Shown in pieces: positions 49,701 through 54,244 of a stretch of 54,244 nt of DNA. The stretch is taken from positions 1 through 54,244 of IMG/VR virus record IMGVR_UViG_3300036760_000101, one strand, 5' to 3'. Each line of letters opens with the position of its first letter. The first letter of the stretch is position 1. The position numbers were made by a program, and so were the translations under genes. The DNA is from a virus. Lineage: Duplodnaviria > Caudoviricetes. The notes beneath the pieces were generated by a model that was given only the letters and a program-made list of their open reading frames with translations, had not been told where the DNA came from and did not search any database.

Positions 49701-50708
49701 ATGGCTTATTCTGCAACTCTATACGGAGATATTTCCCCAAGGACAGCAGCCTATGTGGTTGTTGAACTTTTAAAGAGGGGTATGCCTTATTTGGTTCTTG
49801 AGAAGTTCGGTCAGGCAAAAGAACTTCCTATGAATAAAACACAGGCTATGAAATTTAGGAGATACGAGCATCTTCCATTGGCAACTACGCCTTTGGTAGA
49901 GGGTGTAACTCCCACAAGTACAAAACTAAGATACACCGATATTACTGCAATTCTAAGGCAGTATGGTGCTATCGTTGAAATTACAGACATCGTGGCTGAT
50001 ACCCATGAAGACCCGATAATTAAGGAATCAACGGTAATTATGGGTGAGCAAGCTGCAAAGACAGTTGAGACAATTAGGTTTAATGTTGTCAAGGCTGGCA
50101 CTAACGTATTCTTTGCTAACAGTACAGTAAGGGGTAGTGTTAATGTTCCTGTTTCTCTTGCAAAACAGAGAGCAGTTACAAGGGCGTTAGCACGACAGAA
50201 CGCTGTAAAAATTACATCAGTTGTTAGAAGCACACCAAGTTTCAATACTGAGAACGTGCTTCCTTCCTATATTGCTATTGCACATACCGATATGGATAGT
50301 GATATTAGGAGTATGCCTGGGTTTATAGATGTAAAAGATTACGGTCAGCTTCCACCTTACGAAGCCGAAATTGGTGCAGTTGAAACTTGTAGGTATCTGA
50401 CTACTTCAATAGCTCCTTATTGGGCTGACCAGGGTGCAACCGCTAACGGTAGTGGTGTTCAGATGCTTTATACAACAAGCAATAGTGCTTGTGACATATA
50501 TCCAGTAATTTATCTTGCCAGGGATGCGTTTGCAATAGTAGCCCTTAAGGGTAAATATGCTGTAACACCTACAGTTATTAATCCTGTCCCAAGTAAGTCT
50601 GACCCATTAGGTCAGAGGGGAAGCATCGGATGGAAAACCATGCAGACCGCAGTTATTCTTAATGACGCTTGGATGGCTCGTTTGGAATGTGCAGTTACCA
50701 GTTTATAA
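49701..50708 (+). CDS. Major capsid protein, N4-gp56-like family
   Basis: YGDISPRTAAY, KFRRY, LVEGVTP, QYG, SDPLGQRGSIGWK, ILNDAWMARLE. Confidence 0.92.
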   Translation: MAYSATLYGDISPRTAAYVVVELLKRGMPYLVLEKFGQAKELPMNKTQAMKFRRYEHLPLATTPLVEGVTPTSTKLRYTDITAILRQYGAIVEITDIVADTHEDPIIKESTVIMGEQAAKTVETIRFNVVKAGTNVFFANSTVRGSVNVPVSLAKQRAVTRALARQNAVKITSVVRSTPSFNTENVLPSYIAIAHTDMDSDIRSMPGFIDVKDYGQLPPYEAEIGAVETCRYLTTSIAPYWADQGATANGSGVQMLYTTSNSACDIYPVIYLARDAFAIVALKGKYAVTPTVINPVPSKSDPLGQRGSIGWKTMQTAVILNDAWMARLECAVTSL

Positions 50709-50733
50709 TCGTAGGTAAATAAAATAGGAGGTA

Positions 50734-51012
50734 ATGGAAATGACTATGAATGAAACGATTGTTCAGACAGTAAGGGATGCAGCTAATCTCTTTTGTTCTG
50801 AGGCAGAAAGTTTTATAGATAATAGCACTAATGTAGCTCCAGGTGGACAGGTCAATATAGTTAGAATGAGCATCGCTGAGGAAGCGGTAGTGGAAACAGT
50901 TACGGTGGCTCTTTACGGTATTGGCGCTACAATTCTTGGTGCTGACCTTTATGCAAGGTTGGTAGCATTGAAGGCTACACTTGACGTATATCAGTCGGCT
51001 ATTGGTGGTTAA
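50734..51012 (+). CDS. Hypothetical protein
   Basis: AGGAGG RBS. Confidence 0.65.
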   Translation: MEMTMNETIVQTVRDAANLFCSEAESFIDNSTNVAPGGQVNIVRMSIAEEAVVETVTVALYGIGATILGADLYARLVALKATLDVYQSAIGG

Positions 51013-51039
51013 TTAAAGTAAATTAGGAGGTAAATAAAT

Positions 51040-51366
51040 ATGTTACAGGAACTTTTTGCGGTAGGAAAGATTGTAGGTACTGGTTCCGCTATTCATGTTC
51101 ATCTTGGTTTTATTCCAAGATACGTCAGACTCTTTAATGCGTCAGATGCTACAGTTCCGTTCCTGGAATGGTTTCAGGGTATGCCAGCAGGTTACGCACA
51201 TAAAACGCTAATCAGTACAAAAGATTTAAGTTCCTATGCAGCAAGTGGTTGTATTAGTGAATATGCTGGTACTGATGCACAGGGTGATGGTGCTGGTTTT
51301 ACACTTGGAACAGACAGTGACCTTAATGGCTCAACGGATGTAATATTCTATTTGGCATTGAGGTAA
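51040..51366 (+). CDS. Putative head decoration protein, paralog 1
   Basis: GTGSAIHVHLGFIPRYVRLFN. Confidence 0.7.
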   Translation: MLQELFAVGKIVGTGSAIHVHLGFIPRYVRLFNASDATVPFLEWFQGMPAGYAHKTLISTKDLSSYAASGCISEYAGTDAQGDGAGFTLGTDSDLNGSTDVIFYLALR

Positions 51367-51370
51367 AAAC

Positions 51371-51694
51371 ATGATACAGGAACTTTACTCTATAGGACAA
51401 GTTGTAGGTACTGCTGCTGCTATTAATGTTCATTGTGGATTTGTGCCAAGATATGTAAAGTTATTTAACGTTACAGATGCTACACTTCCACAAATGGAAT
51501 GGTTTGATAGTATGGCAGCAGCCCATTCACACAAAACTTATATTAGTACCAATGATTTTTCATCTTATGCTGCTACTGGAATTACTGCCTATGCTGGTAG
51601 TGATGCACAGGGAGACGGTGCTGGTTTTACAATCGGTACTGATACACAGATGAATGGCATCGGAGACGTAATTTTTTATTTAGCACTTAGGTAA
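51371..51694 (+). CDS. Putative head decoration protein, paralog 2
   Basis: Full-length similarity to 51040..51366. Confidence 0.7.
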   Translation: MIQELYSIGQVVGTAAAINVHCGFVPRYVKLFNVTDATLPQMEWFDSMAAAHSHKTYISTNDFSSYAATGITAYAGSDAQGDGAGFTIGTDTQMNGIGDVIFYLALR

Positions 51695-51701
51695 TTTTAA
51701 A

Positions 51702-51730
51702 AAGAGGGATGGAAACATCCCTCTTATTTT
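51702..51730 (+). terminator. Intrinsic terminator after the capsid operon (possibly bidirectional)
   Basis: AAGAGGGATG-GAAA-CATCCCTCTT then ATTTT; A-tract upstream. Confidence 0.8.
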
Positions 51731-51755
51731 CCATAGAAAAAATCAGGAGGATAAA

Positions 51756-52079
51756 ATGTTTGAAGTAGAAGAAGTAAAAAAAGAAGAAGGGATTAAAGAA
51801 CCAACAGAACAGGGTATGGTTCAGAAACCAAAAGAGGAAGATAAGAAAGTTAAAATCATAATCGAGGAACAAGAAGGGGACGAAAACTCTGGTGATGTGT
51901 TTGTAAGCGTAAATGGTTACGGTATGACAATCAAGAGAGGATTTCCTGTAGAGATTCCTGAGAGTTTTGTTGATGTGCTAAGAAAGGCAGTTATTACCAA
52001 AATGACACAGGATAAGGAAACTGACGAAATTAAGTATCGTGACGTTCCCCGATTCAATTTCAGAATAGTTAATGAGTAA
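51756..52079 (+). CDS. Conserved head-associated protein
   Basis: VFVSVNG...IKRG.PVEIPE..V.VL..A motif. Confidence 0.65.
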   Translation: MFEVEEVKKEEGIKEPTEQGMVQKPKEEDKKVKIIIEEQEGDENSGDVFVSVNGYGMTIKRGFPVEIPESFVDVLRKAVITKMTQDKETDEIKYRDVPRFNFRIVNE

Positions 52080-52082
52080 AAT

Positions 52083-53054
52083 ATGACAGTAGGGAAAATA
52101 ATAGAATTTTCAAGATTTCAACTTGATGATACCCAAAAACCCTATAAATGGTCAAGTGAAGAATTAGTTTTATATCATAATGATGCAGAAGCGGAAGCAT
52201 GTAGGCGTGGTAATTTAATACATGCGTATCCATCAGTCGTAACTATTACTGGAAACAGTAATATTTCATTTGCTACTACTAAGAAGATTACAAAATCAAC
52301 TGGTGGTTTTTTGTCTGCTGGTACTGTATCTGAATTAGAGACATTTGAAATAGATGACCAAATAACTATTACTGGAACTGTAAGTAATAACGGAGTTAAA
52401 ACTATATCCAATGTTACAGATACAGAGATTACGGTTATAGAATCATTAGTTGCCGAATCCAATAAAAGTGCTACAATAGAAGCTACCAGAACTGCCACAA
52501 GATTACCGCTTAGGGCTGGTGTCCATACATACAGATTGCATCCAAAAACATTAATGGTTTATAGGGCAAGACCAGAAAGTTTAACTTATCCATTAAGACA
52601 AAGAACACTTGAAGGATTAGACGCTGATATACTTGTTGTTGATACGGATTTAGATGATATGGTTGATTCTTTCTATTATGAATCATGGGAAGAATTAACT
52701 AATTATTTATTTTCTTATATAGAAGACTCTGGAAAAATAAGGATTGTGTCCCCACCTATTGTGGATGATATTCTATGGATGTTCATTTCAAGATTACCAA
52801 AAAAGACATATACAATTAATGATTTTGATTTAACTCCAGAGATTCCAGAACCTTACCATATGGGACTTGTAGATTGGATTTTACATCGAGCCTACATGAA
52901 ACAGGATGGTGAAACTCAGGATTTAACAAAGGCTAAGTCATTTGAGGCATCCTTTGAGTCAAGGTTCGGAAAGAGACCTTCCGCAATTCAGGAGATGAAT
53001 AGAAAACTTTATCCGAGAAATACAAGTTTCAGACCTCGTTCATTTGGATTTTAA
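52083..53054 (+). CDS. Head-tail adaptor protein with an inserted beta domain
   Basis: LDD....WSSEEL..Y.NDA..EACRR; PEIPEPYH.GLVDWILHRAY.KQD. Confidence 0.7.
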   Translation: MTVGKIIEFSRFQLDDTQKPYKWSSEELVLYHNDAEAEACRRGNLIHAYPSVVTITGNSNISFATTKKITKSTGGFLSAGTVSELETFEIDDQITITGTVSNNGVKTISNVTDTEITVIESLVAESNKSATIEATRTATRLPLRAGVHTYRLHPKTLMVYRARPESLTYPLRQRTLEGLDADILVVDTDLDDMVDSFYYESWEELTNYLFSYIEDSGKIRIVSPPIVDDILWMFISRLPKKTYTINDFDLTPEIPEPYHMGLVDWILHRAYMKQDGETQDLTKAKSFEASFESRFGKRPSAIQEMNRKLYPRNTSFRPRSFGF

Positions 53055-53112
53055 TATGAAAGCACATGAACCTGAAAGATTATATGGTGGATATTTTTCG
53101 GTATAATCAAAA

Positions 53113-53649
53113 ATGTTAAAACTTAAAATAACAGACGAAAATGGTGAAGTTATATATGAGGGATTTGCTGAACATCTATCGAATCTTGTAAGTGCTATTG
53201 TAGGATATGATGAAGTAAGTAAAGCATGGATGCCTATTGGGGTAACCGATAGGGGTCTCTCCAAAACTGCAAATTATATTTGGAATACTAATACGTTAGC
53301 ATGGGAATCATCAACTACTGGTGCGGGTGGTCTTGCTCAGGATGTTAATGTTAATAATTTTCCATCTGGAATAGCAATAAATAATCTTCCATCTGATTAT
53401 GCAAAGGAAGAAGGTAATTTAGATAGTATAAATAAAAATTTAATTCCATATAATACATTAATTGACGATTTTAGTTCTATAGATAAAACATATATAGGAA
53501 AGGCATTGTCAGGTTCTTCTGAATCTAATTCAGTGTGGCAAATTAAATGCATAGACGAAACTGGTGATTATATGAAAATTAAATTTGCAGATGGTGTTTC
53601 TACTTTTACAAAAAAATGGTCTGATAGAATAACATATTCTTATTTATAA
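53113..53649 (+). CDS. Putative virion protein
   Basis: C-terminal YIGKA.SGS....WQIK.I...ADG...F...W.DR..Y.Y domain. Confidence 0.6.
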   Translation: MLKLKITDENGEVIYEGFAEHLSNLVSAIVGYDEVSKAWMPIGVTDRGLSKTANYIWNTNTLAWESSTTGAGGLAQDVNVNNFPSGIAINNLPSDYAKEEGNLDSINKNLIPYNTLIDDFSSIDKTYIGKALSGSSESNSVWQIKCIDETGDYMKIKFADGVSTFTKKWSDRITYSYL

Positions 53650-53660
53650 AGGAGAAAAAC

Positions 53661-54244
53661 ATGGCTTGGGTAACTTTTACTTGTGCTGGTACAATTTTTG
53701 ATGCTACCCTTGCTACCAATGCAATAGCAAATGGGTGGACAAGATGTGAGACTGGTTATCAATGGATTAAACCAGCAAATTCAAATAATGTATTTTATGG
53801 AAGGATTACACAATTAGGTGCTATAAGGATTTATACTGAGGTTAATGCCACTGGTTACTTATATACAATTTATGAACCAGCAGTCAGGGAGTCCTATGAT
53901 ATGGGTTCACATACAGGAATAGGATTAGGATGGACAGGTTGGGGTAATCCTATTTATTGGGCTGGAAGAAGCGAAAATGATGTTGCAAGGGACTATACTT
54001 TCAATGGTTGGATAGGTAGTAATTCCATTTTTGGTAATGTAAGCCCTGACCCTTCAATTACAGGTGCATCTACATTTCCAATTTTTGCTTGTGTAACAAA
54101 AGGCTTTGATGGAATTGATCGTTTAGTTGCATTAGATATGCTTCCCAATGGTGGTGCATATCGTTGTAATTCACGTCTTATATATGCTACAGATTCACTT
54201 GCTTATTTTAATGGTTTACAAGTTGGTGGACTTGGAACGTGGGG
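53661..54244 (+). CDS. 5' part of a ~307-aa putative virion protein spanning the circular junction
   Basis: AAGGAG then ATG at 53661; open frame (MAWVTFTCAGTIFDATL...) continues in frame into ORF 149..595. Confidence 0.8.
   Translation, partial: MAWVTFTCAGTIFDATLATNAIANGWTRCETGYQWIKPANSNNVFYGRITQLGAIRIYTEVNATGYLYTIYEPAVRESYDMGSHTGIGLGWTGWGNPIYWAGRSENDVARDYTFNGWIGSNSIFGNVSPDPSITGASTFPIFACVTKGFDGIDRLVALDMLPNGGAYRCNSRLIYATDSLAYFNGLQVGGLGTW
53990..54244. repeat. Terminal direct repeat, copy 2
   Basis: Starts ggactatactttcaatgg and ends cttggaacgtgggg, like 1-255. Confidence 0.95.

Noticed and set aside
1-54244. Stop-codon reassignment, tRNA or rRNA genes
   Set aside because: Genes tile densely under the standard code with TAA, TAG and TGA all used as stops; no cloverleaf or T-loop consensus noticed by eye (tRNAscan not run).

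Overview
The window is an apparently complete, circularly permuted genome of about 54 kb from an AT-rich tailed bacteriophage. Positions 1-255 repeat at 53990-54244 with 2 mismatches, giving a unit length of about 53,989 bp. It has two divergent arms. The + arm (about 37.4 kb, through the junction, to 22.76 kb) carries lysis genes, terminase, portal, scaffold, an N4-gp56-like major capsid protein, and adaptor, nozzle, internal-virion and fibre genes; the layout is podovirus-like, with no tape measure, sheath or tube seen. The - arm (about 36 kb to 22.8 kb) carries primase, SSB, a Rad52-like annealing protein, an exonuclease, an O-like initiator, a DnaB-like helicase and nucleotide-metabolism genes. 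I found no DNA polymerase, integrase, repressor, tRNA or CRISPR array. The most unusual signals are: (1) a roughly 290-nt, highly structured, probably non-coding RNA with a kissing-loop pairing upstream of scaffold/capsid; (2) two diverged, inverted copies of a palindrome + iteron + promoter module whose stems differ in sequence but keep pairing; (3) a putative fibre system of 18-aa repeat proteins plus a subunit; (4) a KGLPxK motif shared by five internal or basic proteins; (5) a PurD-like ATP-grasp enzyme between terminase and portal; (6) a decayed LAGLIDADG endonuclease that appears to have captured and duplicated the terL start. All family assignments come from motif recognition by eye, not database searches.
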